DNA from: a virus
Lineage: Duplodnaviria > Caudoviricetes
Direction: 5' to 3' (one strand)
Virus record (IMG/VR): IMGVR_UViG_3300032883_000564
Span: 1-62,690 of that record
Length of the DNA stretch: 62,690 bases
A program made the position numbers and the translations under genes. Below the pieces are notes generated by a model. The model was not told where the DNA came from, made no database searches, and worked only from the letters and a program-made list of their open reading frames with translations. Positions 53,687 through 62,596 of the stretch are shown here, piece by piece; the first letter of the stretch is position 1; every line of letters starts with the position of its first letter.

Positions 53687-55449
53687 GCCGCGCATTGCTT
53701 GATCCGTCTTCCGATCCACTCGATCACGTTCACCGTCACGGCGTCTCCGAGGGCGGCGTACCGCCTGCCATCGGGGCACCGTGAGCATGGGTCATTGAAG
53801 GGGGGATCGTTGTGGGTATGAACCCACTCATCAGGAAAAGCCTGAAGTCTGGAACACTCGACTGGGGTTAGTCTTCTAACAGAATAAGGGGCGTGTTCTG
53901 ATTGCGCTTGAAGGCCAGAGGATGACCCCACTTCTTGAAGCGCAGATAGTGCTTGTTGCAGTAACCGAGCCCCTTCTGGGGTTTTCCACAGATCACACAA
54001 GGGATGATGATAAGGTGTTCGTGAACGTGGCAACTGCGGCATATGCGCTCTAGGTTGCTCAGGGCTTGATTCGCATGATTCCCGTCCTTGTGGTGTACAT
54101 CCTTTGCGTTCAACGCGCCGCAGCGGCTGCATGGCCCCGGCGGTATCAGTTTTCGGGCGTGATAGTGAGGCGTTGATTGACCGTTCGCTCGGCTCACCCT
54201 CGCATCGAACGCCTGACTCATACACTGACGGTTGCAATACTTCCGCCGTCCGAAATGGAGCAAGGTCTCCAAGTCGCCGTCGCGCTCCCTCTTGCGAACC
54301 AGCAGCATCCCGCAGAAGGCGCAATACTTGATCGGGGTCGGCTTTCGTGGCATCGGCATATGCTTCTAGCATATGCCTCATACCTTCTACTGTCAAGGGT
54401 TCCCATCCTCCGTCGGGGTCAGGCGGCGCACAGATAAAGGTTTCGGATTCGGCATCGATTCTTCGGTTTGGGCCTGGGTGGGCATCGAGGGCAAGGGCGA
54501 TGAGGTTGTCGGCTCCGTCACCTCTCGGCCCTGAGTACCCGTGGTGCCCATCGCTGGCTTCAAGGGGAGCGGCGACTCCGTGTTGATGGCCCCGTTGGAG
54601 CGAGTACATTGGCCCCTCTCGGTATCCCCGTCCGACCTCTGGGCCACCGGATTGCTTGCCGCTGATGTCTTCGAGGGCGATGCAGGTTGTGCCGGTGTGT
54701 TCGTCAACGCCACGAGGGCTGCTTCTAAGTGCGTGGGCAACGCTCTCCCCCGCCTTTCCGCCCGCCGGAGTATCCCCGCCGCCGCCCTCGGTGAAAGCGA
54801 GTATTTCTGCGGCGCGGCCAGTTGGAGAATGTCCTTGAGAGAAGGGTGGGAACAGGGCGAGGACAAACACCCTACGTCTTCGCTGAGGAACCCAGTGCTG
54901 GGAGTCGATAATCCGCCATGCAAGGTCCACTGCCCCGCATTCGGCCAGCGAATTGAGAACCGTCCCGAAGTCTCGACCACTAGCTGCGCTGAGGAGACCG
55001 GGGACATTCTCGAATAGAGCGACGGTTGGAAACCGACCATTGGAAGCGACCCTCATCTCACGAATGATCCGAATGAACTCAAAGAACAGGCCAGAACGAG
55101 CACCGCCTATGCCTGCCCGCTTGCCGGCGACTGAGAGGTCTTGGCAGGGGAAGCCGCCGCAGATGAGATCAACAGACATTGCCTCTCGCCACCCCAGCGG
55201 CCCTCGCCCCTGAGCGGATAGGCCAAGCCCTCCTGCCATTCCAGGTTCGCCCCGTTCTCCCTCCCTCGCTGCATCAGGGCCAAAGGTTCGCACGTCTCCC
55301 CATCGGGGCACGTCGGGCCAGTGTCGGGCAAGGACTTGTCTTCGCCAGTCATCTATCTCCACCTGCCACTTGCACTCCCAGCCCGCCCGCTCCAGCCCCA
55401 GGTCGAAGCCGCCGATGCCTGAGAAGAGCGAGCCGAAGGTCACGCCCAC
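53683..55449 (-). CDS. DNA (cytosine-5) methyltransferase with overprinted genes
   Basis: SLFSGIGG, GGFPCQD, ENVPG, PQRRRRVF, VRRLTPVECSRLQAFPD, RYAALGDAV. Confidence 0.92.
   Translation of the reverse strand: MGVTFGSLFSGIGGFDLGLERAGWECKWQVEIDDWRRQVLARHWPDVPRWGDVRTFGPDAAREGERGEPGMAGGLGLSAQGRGPLGWREAMSVDLICGGFPCQDLSVAGKRAGIGGARSGLFFEFIRIIREMRVASNGRFPTVALFENVPGLLSAASGRDFGTVLNSLAECGAVDLAWRIIDSQHWVPQRRRRVFVLALFPPFSQGHSPTGRAAEILAFTEGGGGDTPAGGKAGESVAHALRSSPRGVDEHTGTTCIALEDISGKQSGGPEVGRGYREGPMYSLQRGHQHGVAAPLEASDGHHGYSGPRGDGADNLIALALDAHPGPNRRIDAESETFICAPPDPDGGWEPLTVEGMRHMLEAYADATKADPDQVLRLLRDAAGSQEGARRRLGDLAPFRTAEVLQPSVYESGVRCEGEPSERSINASLSRPKTDTAGAMQPLRRVERKGCTPQGRESCESSPEQPRAHMPQLPRSRTPYHHPLCDLWKTPEGARLLQQALSALQEVGSSSGLQAQSEHAPYSVRRLTPVECSRLQAFPDEWVHTHNDPPFNDPCSRCPDGRRYAALGDAVTVNVIEWIGRRIKQCAA
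53868..54359 (-). CDS. HNH endonuclease nested in the methyltransferase gene, different frame
   Basis: CAFC, RKYCNRQC, VHHKDGNHANQALSNLERICRSCH, GYCNKHY. Confidence 0.88.
   Translation of the reverse strand: MPMPRKPTPIKYCAFCGMLLVRKRERDGDLETLLHFGRRKYCNRQCMSQAFDARVSRANGQSTPHYHARKLIPPGPCSRCGALNAKDVHHKDGNHANQALSNLERICRSCHVHEHLIIIPCVICGKPQKGLGYCNKHYLRFKKWGHPLAFKRNQNTPLILLED
54355..54396 (-). promoter_or_regulatory. Internal promoter and 10-bp hairpin over the HNH start codon
   Basis: TTGACA-N17-TATGCT; GGCATATGCT-N3-AGCATATGCC at 54355-54377. Confidence 0.75.
54393..55040 (-). CDS. Alternate-frame polypeptide in the methyltransferase gene (beta-subunit-like)
   Basis: SLKDIL..PQKYSLSPRAAAGILRRAERRG; ends with VRRLTPTE. 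Confidence 0.6.
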   Translation of the reverse strand: MVGFQPSLYSRMSPVSSAQLVVETSGRFSIRWPNAGQWTLHGGLSTPSTGFLSEDVGCLSSPCSHPSLKDILQLAAPQKYSLSPRAAAGILRRAERRGRALPTHLEAALVALTNTPAQPASPSKTSAASNPVAQRSDGDTERGQCTRSNGAINTESPLPLKPAMGTTGTQGREVTEPTTSSPLPSMPTQAQTEESMPNPKPLSVRRLTPTEDGNP

Positions 55450-55452
55450 ATC

Positions 55453-56229
55453 TCAGCCCCACATCTCCTCGCGCCGCTCAACGAATCGCGTCACGGCCTC
55501 GCCGCTCGCCACGCGCTGGCCACCCTCCCGCCTTTGCTTGCTGCCTTGCAACACCTTCTCCATGTAGTCGGCGGGGCCGGCTGCCGCATGGCCCGCCGCG
55601 GCCATCAAGGCGTCGATCACGTTCTGGCCGTGGCCGTAGCGTTTGACGAGTCCTGCCGCCCGACCTCCATTCAGCGGCTCGGCGAACAGCAGATGACTGG
55701 CATCGACAAGGGCGGCGATCTGCTCGTTTCGTTTGTCTGAGGCGAGGAAGCGGTGGCGGCAGGACTGTAGGGTCAAGGCGGGTTGTGTCATCGGGTCCAC
55801 CTCCGGGGGCGGCAGATCGCCGTGAGGCGATCTGAAACTGTTGGTACTTCTATGGATCTTCCCCCCGACGTTTTGTTGGGACCCCCTGGGCGCTACGTGC
55901 CGCGACCCGCCAACAGAGCGTTGGCGGGTTTGTGGGGGTTGCCGGGCCAGATCGAGCAAAGTTGGCTGCGTAGCAGCACCCATGATGTACTCATTGCTGT
56001 GGCCCTCTCGTGGGCGGACGAGGATGTAGCCGCCGCGCTCTAGAAAGCGGATGAGCTTCCGGACAGTCTCATCGTGTAGGCCCGTTTCAGTCGCAAGTGT
56101 GGCCCGACTGGGCCATGCGGTTCGGTCGCCGTTGCAATGGCTGGCCAGCGTCAAGAGCACCAAGCGGGCGTTCGGCCGCAAGCCCTGCTGCTCCCTCGCC
56201 CAGCGAATGGGGTGGGTGCCGTGTGACAT
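55453..56229 (-). CDS. Replication initiator-like protein with N-terminal wHTH
   Basis: ARLVLLTLA, AWPSRATLATETGL..TVRKLIRFLERGGYI, SNEY. Confidence 0.82.
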   Translation of the reverse strand: MSHGTHPIRWAREQQGLRPNARLVLLTLASHCNGDRTAWPSRATLATETGLHDETVRKLIRFLERGGYILVRPREGHSNEYIMGAATQPTLLDLARQPPQTRQRSVGGSRHVAPRGSQQNVGGKIHRSTNSFRSPHGDLPPPEVDPMTQPALTLQSCRHRFLASDKRNEQIAALVDASHLLFAEPLNGGRAAGLVKRYGHGQNVIDALMAAAGHAAAGPADYMEKVLQGSKQRREGGQRVASGEAVTRFVERREEMWG

Positions 56230-56234
56230 CTGGC

Positions 56235-56615
56235 CTATCTCCCCTCACCAGTAGGCGCCGGGCCCGCAAAGGCTATGAACTTCTCCAGGTCGGTATCCTT
56301 CTCCGGCAAGTCCCAGCACTGTGCATAGTTCAAGTTCTCCCAGCCGATGAGCTGGTAGTAGGTCTTGCTGTCCTCACGGCGCAGGGCCAGGAGCCGGGCC
56401 AGCACGTTAACTGCGTACTTCATGAGGCCCCGCATCTCTGACTGGGTGATGCGGGAGTAGCCGGGGTCCTGGCTGCAAGTAGGGCAGGGCTGGCCAGCGT
56501 GGAGGTTCTCTAGCGGGCCGTTACGAAAGGCAACGGCGACGAGCGCCTTGGCCTCGACGGCATCTAGGGTGTTGAACACAGGATGGATTGAGGAGGACGG
56601 GGGCTCCTCGGCCAT
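56235..56615 (-). CDS. Hypothetical protein with CPTC motif
   Basis: AFRNGPLENLHAG.PCPTC; AAAGGA RBS. Confidence 0.65.
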   Translation of the reverse strand: MAEEPPSSSIHPVFNTLDAVEAKALVAVAFRNGPLENLHAGQPCPTCSQDPGYSRITQSEMRGLMKYAVNVLARLLALRREDSKTYYQLIGWENLNYAQCWDLPEKDTDLEKFIAFAGPAPTGEGR

Positions 56616-56648
56616 GTGCTGAATCCTTTCCCTGCTGCCAGTGGCGGA

Positions 56649-57539
56649 CTACTCGCCTTCGGCGCCCTCCACAACGGCCTGGGCCTCGGCCAGCACACAC
56701 TCCTCCGGCGCCGGCAGCCGCTCCATCCAGCCCACGCGGCTGCAGTCCGGGCAGCGCGCCCAGACACGGTCTGCCGAAGGCTCCGGCTCCGAATTTTCGA
56801 GCGCCCGGAATTTGCGGCGCGGTCGCCCCCTCTTGAGCTCCTTGACGATATGCCGCGCCGGCTCGCGAGCATCCCGCATCTCGCCAGCCATCTCGAGCGC
56901 CTGCACGGGGTTCTCCGCCTTCCCCACCTCGGCCAGCACGTACCGGCCCAGGTTGCCCAGGACCTCCAGGCGCCAGCCTGACGCCTCCAGCGCCGTCGCC
57001 GTCGAGTCGCGGTCGTACACGGTAGCGGCTGCCATAGGACGGCCCGTGACCTCACGGATCAGATCTGCCGCCCGCACGTACCACTCATCGCCATAGCTGC
57101 TGTAACGCTCGTGGAAGCCCTTCGCCGCCAGCGCCTCGAAAACGACGCCCTGTTCCTCCCACCGGGCCCCGCAGTCCCACAGATGAGCAAGGCTCTCGTC
57201 GTCGAGCTTGGGCAGGAGGCCGGCCAGGATCTCGATGTCTACGTCTGCGGGCCCGTAGTCGCCCTCCAGGACACGGGGCGAGAGGGCACGGACCGACAGG
57301 ACCTCGCCGGTCTTCGGGTCAACGCAGTAGGCGATGGGGCCGTCAACACGGATGACGAAGCGCTTGGCGTGCACCAAGTCGTGACAGCGGCGGCATAGCG
57401 GAACGCGCTCGTGATCGTGGTCGAGGCTGGAGCCGCCCATGCCCACAGAGGAGCGGTCCGGCGGCTGGTGATGCTCGCCATGCGGAGCAGCCGGGCGACC
57501 GCACCGTATGCAAGGGAGGGTGAGATCGGAGTCGCTCAC
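56649..57539 (-). CDS. Protein with N-terminal HNH-like Zn domain
   Basis: CIRC, EHH, GMGG, VPLCRRCHDLVH; C-terminal CPDC. Confidence 0.7.
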   Translation of the reverse strand: MSDSDLTLPCIRCGRPAAPHGEHHQPPDRSSVGMGGSSLDHDHERVPLCRRCHDLVHAKRFVIRVDGPIAYCVDPKTGEVLSVRALSPRVLEGDYGPADVDIEILAGLLPKLDDESLAHLWDCGARWEEQGVVFEALAAKGFHERYSSYGDEWYVRAADLIREVTGRPMAAATVYDRDSTATALEASGWRLEVLGNLGRYVLAEVGKAENPVQALEMAGEMRDAREPARHIVKELKRGRPRRKFRALENSEPEPSADRVWARCPDCSRVGWMERLPAPEECVLAEAQAVVEGAEGE

Positions 57540-57751
57540 GGCGCTGATCTCACCCCCCGAGCGACGATGTGGCATTCGGCAATGAGCCCCCTAGCATTGG
57601 CGTCAGCGGTAAGGGGGCCTCGCAAAGTAGAACGGTAGACGACTAGCTGTCCGCAGGAACGCAGAGTAGCTAGGAGTCGCCTATCAGCCGGAGTGAGTTC
57701 GTGCTGCAGCCGCGGCACGAGACCCGTTTCGTCTAACTTGGGATCAGCCAT
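57536..57751 (-). CDS. Small hypothetical protein
   Basis: TGATG and GTGA coupling on both sides. Confidence 0.4.
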   Translation of the reverse strand: MADPKLDETGLVPRLQHELTPADRRLLATLRSCGQLVVYRSTLRGPLTADANARGLIAECHIVARGVRSAP

Positions 57752-58380
57752 CACGGCCCTTCCTTCCCGACACACTGCGAGCAAAGATCGGGCTCGACCC
57801 ACGAGCAGCCGCCCGGGCAGGCCACGGTCGACGTGCAACCGCACACCCGGCAGCGCTGCCCTTCGTCAAGAACCACGGCCACCAGCGTCACGTCGCCGCC
57901 AGGGAGCCCCAAGACTGACAGCGACCACGGCCTTCCTAGGTCCTCAGCAGACAACGTCACGCTGCCGCCTGCCCGCGCCACGAGCGGCGCGATGATCTTC
58001 GTCATGTTGCCCTCAATCTCCGCCCTCAGATTGGCCACCTGATCGGCAATCAGCTTGTTGAGCCGCTCAGACAACTCACCGGCCTCTGCGATTTCCTCCA
58101 CGGCCTCACGCGGCTGGCTCGCCCAGTACTTTTCCGCCGTCAGATCGATGACCTTGCCGACCTCGATCTCGGTGATCCTGAACCGGTAGCACAGGAGCAC
58201 CTTGATCACCCGCTGCGATTGGTCGTCGGACAGAACAACATCCACGCGGGCGGTCGGCTCCTCGCGAAACGACTGGAGGTCCAACCACACACCCTTGGTG
58301 TTGAGATCTGGGGGGAGTCCGAGCGCCTTCAGCAACTCAAGGAGAAACTTCTGCTGTGGGTTCTCCGGAATCAAAGCCAC
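57751..58380 (-). CDS. Hypothetical protein with C-terminal Cys cluster
   Basis: CRVCGCT..ACPGGCSWVEPDLCSQC; GGAGG RBS. Confidence 0.65.
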   Translation of the reverse strand: MALIPENPQQKFLLELLKALGLPPDLNTKGVWLDLQSFREEPTARVDVVLSDDQSQRVIKVLLCYRFRITEIEVGKVIDLTAEKYWASQPREAVEEIAEAGELSERLNKLIADQVANLRAEIEGNMTKIIAPLVARAGGSVTLSAEDLGRPWSLSVLGLPGGDVTLVAVVLDEGQRCRVCGCTSTVACPGGCSWVEPDLCSQCVGKEGP

Positions 58381-58382
58381 CG

Positions 58383-59666
58383 CTAGCCTCCCGTCACCAC
58401 GGGCGGCTTGTTGCCCACGGCGTTCTGCCTCAGAAGCTCCCAGGCGCGAGCCAGATCGACCAGGGGCGCGGTCGGCTGCAGCTGCTGGCCCAGCACCTTC
58501 CAGACCTCGCCTGATAGGTAGCCGAACTCTCGGTTGGCGCGGGTCAATAGCTCGCCCAGCGTCTTCGGCGGCTTCTTGTCCGGCATCAGCATGGCCTGCC
58601 GGGGCTCCGGGTCGGCCGCCTCAGATCTTCGGGCGCTCGGAGATCCCGCCTCAACCGGCGGCTCAGCCGGCACCTCAACCGCCTCGCTCTCGATGGGCTC
58701 GTGCTTCTGGCAGTAGGCGTTGCCGTCCTGGTCGTACACCTCCACCGGGCCACCACAGACGATGCAGGCGTCGTCAGAAGCGGAGGCCGGCCCAGGCGAG
58801 ACGGACGAATCGACCGGGCCAGCCTCCACGCTTCCCTGCGGCTCTAGGCCGCCTCCCTGCCCGTCTTCGCTCTCTTCCTCGGCGTACACCTCCGCGAGTT
58901 CGTCTTCGTCGATCGCCGGCGGCGCCAGGAGCGCCTTCTCCGGGAGCGACTGAGCGGCGCGCAACAGGTCCTCGATGGTGAAGCCTGGCAGGCTCAACTC
59001 CAAGACATGTACCGTCTTCTTCTTGACGTTGGGCGGCGCCACCTCGCGGGGTACGAGGCGAAGTTGCAGCGGCAGGCCGCGGATGCGCCCGCCGGTCACG
59101 GAACGGATCAAGGCCACGCTGTCGAGAAGCGCTCGCACACCGTGGATCGACCGGGTGTCCAGTTGCCAGGCGCCTATGCCCCTCACCTTCGGAAGCAGGA
59201 AGAAGAAGTTGAGTGAGAGCCGGCACTGCGGTCTCTCGCCGCTCTGCATCGGGCAAAGCTCTGCGGCGCATGGGATCGTGCGCGGCACCCAGGCCTGAGT
59301 GTGTTTGTTTGCCCATGTGCCGGCGTCAAGGCCCTGCGGACGGGGCCCGTCCTGGTTCGGGTCCCATTTGGCTTCGGCCACTTCGCCGTCGCCTCGACAC
59401 ACCGCCTTCCAGGACTGGCTGAACATCCGATAGAACGGGTCACACCAGTCCTCGACGTCGTCCGTCGGCAGCATGATGTCCAGCTCGCGGGGTTCGGTCT
59501 TGTAGACCTCCAGGAACGCCTCGACCGCCGAGCGGGACGTGCTGCTGTCCTCGCGAACACAGAAGTGATCGAGGGCGTGCGGCACGCCCCTCTCGTCACG
59601 GTAGCCCAGGCGTACCTTGCCGATGCGCGGGAGCCTTCTTCGGTCTGTGAGCCCCTTGACTGCCAT
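58383..59666 (-). CDS. Gp3-like (recombination directionality factor-like) protein
   Basis: KGLT..RLPRIGKVRLG, CRGDG, CP..C, GAWQLDTRS, GGRIRGLPLQLRL; family recalled from phiC31/phiBT1 gp3. Confidence 0.78.
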   Translation of the reverse strand: MAVKGLTDRRRLPRIGKVRLGYRDERGVPHALDHFCVREDSSTSRSAVEAFLEVYKTEPRELDIMLPTDDVEDWCDPFYRMFSQSWKAVCRGDGEVAEAKWDPNQDGPRPQGLDAGTWANKHTQAWVPRTIPCAAELCPMQSGERPQCRLSLNFFFLLPKVRGIGAWQLDTRSIHGVRALLDSVALIRSVTGGRIRGLPLQLRLVPREVAPPNVKKKTVHVLELSLPGFTIEDLLRAAQSLPEKALLAPPAIDEDELAEVYAEEESEDGQGGGLEPQGSVEAGPVDSSVSPGPASASDDACIVCGGPVEVYDQDGNAYCQKHEPIESEAVEVPAEPPVEAGSPSARRSEAADPEPRQAMLMPDKKPPKTLGELLTRANREFGYLSGEVWKVLGQQLQPTAPLVDLARAWELLRQNAVGNKPPVVTGG

Positions 59667-59684
59667 AGGTCGCTCCTCTGGCGG

Positions 59685-59915
59685 CTAGCCGGCGACGCCA
59701 GCCAGCTCCGCCGTGTAAACCAGCCGGTTCTCCCGGAGATCCGCCCTCATCTCTAGGGCGTCCGCCTCAGCATGTCTCACCGAGTCCAGGGCAAAGGCCA
59801 GGCAGCCCTCGCAGACAGCAAGGCGGGGCGCGACAGGGCCCAGAAGGGCGACCGGAACGTCCTCCTGGCCACAGACATCGCAGACGTGGTTCATGACCCT
59901 GATGGTAGGTTGCAT
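59685..59915 (-). CDS. Small Zn-ribbon protein
   Basis: CDVC...CEGC; AAGGAG RBS. Confidence 0.6.
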   Translation of the reverse strand: MQPTIRVMNHVCDVCGQEDVPVALLGPVAPRLAVCEGCLAFALDSVRHAEADALEMRADLRENRLVYTAELAGVAG

Positions 59916-60391
59916 AGCGTGCTCCTTAGGTGGTGGTTTCCGCCCAGAACCGAAGGGGCAACGAAGACCCGTCCGTGCCTACCGGGGCGCTGGTGGCAAG
60001 AGGAAGCCCCGGCAGACAGGACGGGCGTTCCAGGGCAGGAACTCCGGAGGATGGAGAAATCTCTGAAGCAAGAAGTGTGAGGGGCCGCCCCCGCGCAGCC
60101 CGAGCACCGCCCTCAAGTTACCGTCCCCTTTCTCAGCCTTCCGCTACGGTTTTCACCGCCCCCTGTCGAGAATTGTTACGTGAGGCGTACCCCGATCGGC
60201 CGATGTCGGCAGATCTTTTTTGCAGATATCGACAGATTCTCGGTTCGACGCACTTGACAACATGGTGTAAAATGTTTGCAATGTGCTCGTCGGGCGGGGT
60301 GCGAGCGCAGACCGGTTGGACGGTGAGACATGGGTCTCGCCTAGAGCAGGAGGTTTAGAGCATTAGAGGCACGCTCGGCCAGCGTCCCCCT

Positions 60392-61606
60392 GTGCGGTTG
60401 CAGAGGACGCTCTCGAAAGGGCTGGTGAACGCTTCTCCTCCGGCCCTACCCCATGTCCAGGGAAAGCGCAGACCGTTCATCCACGGCCTCGTTCTCTTAC
60501 TCGTCGTGGGTTCTGCGGTTTACACGGTGTTTTCCCCCGGCCATTTGTTCTCCTCTTCCCATTCTGGCGCCAATCCCGTGGCCCGCCTCTCACTGCCGGG
60601 CGTGGCTGCCGCCATCCCGAAGGGCTTCAACCCGGTGCAGACGCCGCAGGTGCTGACCAAGGACGTGGGGCTCTCCGCGGAGGTGAGCCGGTTGGAGCAG
60701 ATGTCCGTGAGCCCCCAGCCGGAGGAGCCGGTCAGCCGCGTCTTCGCCGCCGCCGTGACCCCCGAGCCGGGAGCGACTCCTCCAGCGGCAATCCTGGAGC
60801 CGCCGCCGATCTTCACCGTCTACGAGGTGCAAACTGGCGACACCGTGAGCAGCATTGCCGCTCGGTTTGGCCTCCAGCCGGAGTCCATTGCCTGGAACAA
60901 CGTCGAGATAAGTGACAAGGATTTTCTGGCCGTAGGCCAGCTCCTGCGCATCCCGGCCACGGACGGCGTCATCCACGAGGTGAGGCTGGATGAGACCCTA
61001 ATCGACATCGCGGACCGCTACGCGGTCGACCTCAGCGCCATCACCACGTTCACCTCCAACGGCATCCAGACGCCGAACGACATCCAGGAGAAGCAGCTAG
61101 TGTTCGTGCCGGGCGGGACGGTGCCGCCGCCACCGGAGCCCGAGCCGGCGGCAGCGGCGGTGGAGCCCGCGGAGCCCACCGGCGACGCTGCTGCGCCAGC
61201 GGCGTCGGAGGCGCCGTCAGTGCCCTTCACGCCCTCTGCGGGGCTAATCTGGCCCACGAGCGGGCCCATCTCCAGCTACATGGACGGCTCCCACCCCCTG
61301 GGCATCGACATTGATTTGTACAACAACCCTAACGCGCCCATACTGGCCGCCACCTCCGGCGTCGTCACCTTCGCCGGCGGCGACCCCTGCTGTTCCTACG
61401 GGCTCTACGTCGTCATCGTCAGCCCGGGCGGCATCGAGACCCTCTACGCGCACCTGAGCAGCATCAGCGTCGTCCAGGGTCAGCAGGCGGCGCAGGGCAC
61501 CGTTGTCGGCTACGCGGGCTGCACAGGGTACTGCACAGGCAACCACCTCCACTTCGAGGTCATCGACAACGGCGTCCGCGAGAACCCGCTGAGCTACTTA
61601 CCCTAG
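60392..61606 (+). CDS. Host LysM-domain M23 metallopeptidase (start uncertain)
   Basis: TM helix; two LysM (YEVQTGDTVSSIA, HEVRLDETLIDIA); HPLGID, YAHL, HLHFE. Confidence 0.92.
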   Translation: MRLQRTLSKGLVNASPPALPHVQGKRRPFIHGLVLLLVVGSAVYTVFSPGHLFSSSHSGANPVARLSLPGVAAAIPKGFNPVQTPQVLTKDVGLSAEVSRLEQMSVSPQPEEPVSRVFAAAVTPEPGATPPAAILEPPPIFTVYEVQTGDTVSSIAARFGLQPESIAWNNVEISDKDFLAVGQLLRIPATDGVIHEVRLDETLIDIADRYAVDLSAITTFTSNGIQTPNDIQEKQLVFVPGGTVPPPPEPEPAAAAVEPAEPTGDAAAPAASEAPSVPFTPSAGLIWPTSGPISSYMDGSHPLGIDIDLYNNPNAPILAATSGVVTFAGGDPCCSYGLYVVIVSPGGIETLYAHLSSISVVQGQQAAQGTVVGYAGCTGYCTGNHLHFEVIDNGVRENPLSYLP

Positions 61607-61633
61607 CCCTCGCAGAGGGCGCGGTTGGTCCGA

Positions 61634-61655
61634 AGGCCAGGCTTAAGCCTGGCCT
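61634..61655. terminator. Palindromic hairpin between convergent host genes
   Basis: AGGCCAGGCTTAAGCCTGGCCT. Confidence 0.6.
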
Positions 61656-61708
61656 CGTTGTGTTCGTGCAGCGCGGCGCCCGGCCGGCCTGCTGGCCTGG
61701 GGGCCGCG

Positions 61709-62350
61709 CTATCGCTTGTAGTCTAGAACGGCCACCTGGGTCTCGTGAGGAAGGCTGCTGTGGGTGACCGAGAGGCGCGGCTGAGAGGTTAGAGTGGGAG
61801 AGGCGCCCATCTCCTTCAGGAAGCGATCCAGAGGGTCCAGATTGCGCGTGGTCACCGGCGTGGCGTAGTGCATGGGGATGACCAGCTTGGGCTCCAGTAG
61901 GCTCACGGTTTCGGCGGCGGCGGCGGCGTCCAGAGTGTTGCCGCCGCCCACGGGCACCAGCAGGATGTCAATGCCGCCCATGGCCTCCACCTGCTCCGGC
62001 GTCGGCAGGTGGCCCAGGTCGCCGAGGTGGCAGAGGCGCAGGGTCTCCGCCTCGATGATGAAGGCGGTGTTCATGCCCCGCCGGGCACCCCGCTCACTGT
62101 CATGGTAGGTGCGGATGCCGGTGAGGAGAACGCCGGCCATCTCGTACTCGCCGGGGCCGCGCACGACCCGCGGGGAGCCAGCCACGCCCTCGACGGCGTT
62201 ATGACCCTCGTGGTCGTGGCTCACCGTGACAATATCAGCCGTGGGGCGCCCCATGTTGTAGCCGACGCTCTTGGGGCAGGGGTCCGTAAGAACGGCGGCT
62301 TCACGGGCGCGCAGCCGGAAACACGAATGGCCCAGCCAGACAATCTCCAT
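61709..62350 (-). CDS. Host MBL-fold Zn-dependent hydrolase
   Basis: WLGHSCF, SHDHEGH, HLGDLG, IPMHY. Confidence 0.9.
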   Translation of the reverse strand: MEIVWLGHSCFRLRAREAAVLTDPCPKSVGYNMGRPTADIVTVSHDHEGHNAVEGVAGSPRVVRGPGEYEMAGVLLTGIRTYHDSERGARRGMNTAFIIEAETLRLCHLGDLGHLPTPEQVEAMGGIDILLVPVGGGNTLDAAAAAETVSLLEPKLVIPMHYATPVTTRNLDPLDRFLKEMGASPTLTSQPRLSVTHSSLPHETQVAVLDYKR

Positions 62351-62596
62351 CGTTCTCTCCGAACGTGCTCTAGCCTATCATATCCGGCCCGGGACCTACC
62401 GTCACGGGGCCTCTTCCTTGACCCCCTGAAGCGGCCGCTGATAGACTGTTAGTGCTAGCTTCGTTCGTGGTTCGCTTCGCGCCCGCCCACGCGGTCTTGC
62501 TCGCCCAGGGCGGTCCTATTCCCAGAGTGAGGTAAAACGCACGCCTTGAGCACCCCGCGTCCGAGAGCAGGCACGGCGACGCCCGCCGAGAGGTGC

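Larger units (their letters stand above)
1..59920 (-). mobile_element. Prophage, siphovirus-like; left end lies outside the window, right boundary about 59920-60250
   Basis: Co-oriented terminase-portal-protease-capsid-tail-tape measure-tailspike genes plus replication/recombination genes; host-like genes begin at about 60.4 kb. Confidence 0.93.

Noticed and set aside
53860-54430. Intein or group I intron in the methyltransferase
   Set aside because: No intein Cys/His-Asn ends in the main frame and almost no non-coding room for a ribozyme core; RT-PCR would be the final test
55107-55352. Upstream alternate-frame ORF continuous with 54393-55040
   Set aside because: Same frame but separated by TAG and TGA stops
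59916-60390. tRNA, tmRNA or att core at the junction
   Set aside because: No cloverleaf or recognisable RNA gene; a GGTTCGA at 60242 lacks supporting stems; no partner repeat seen in the window
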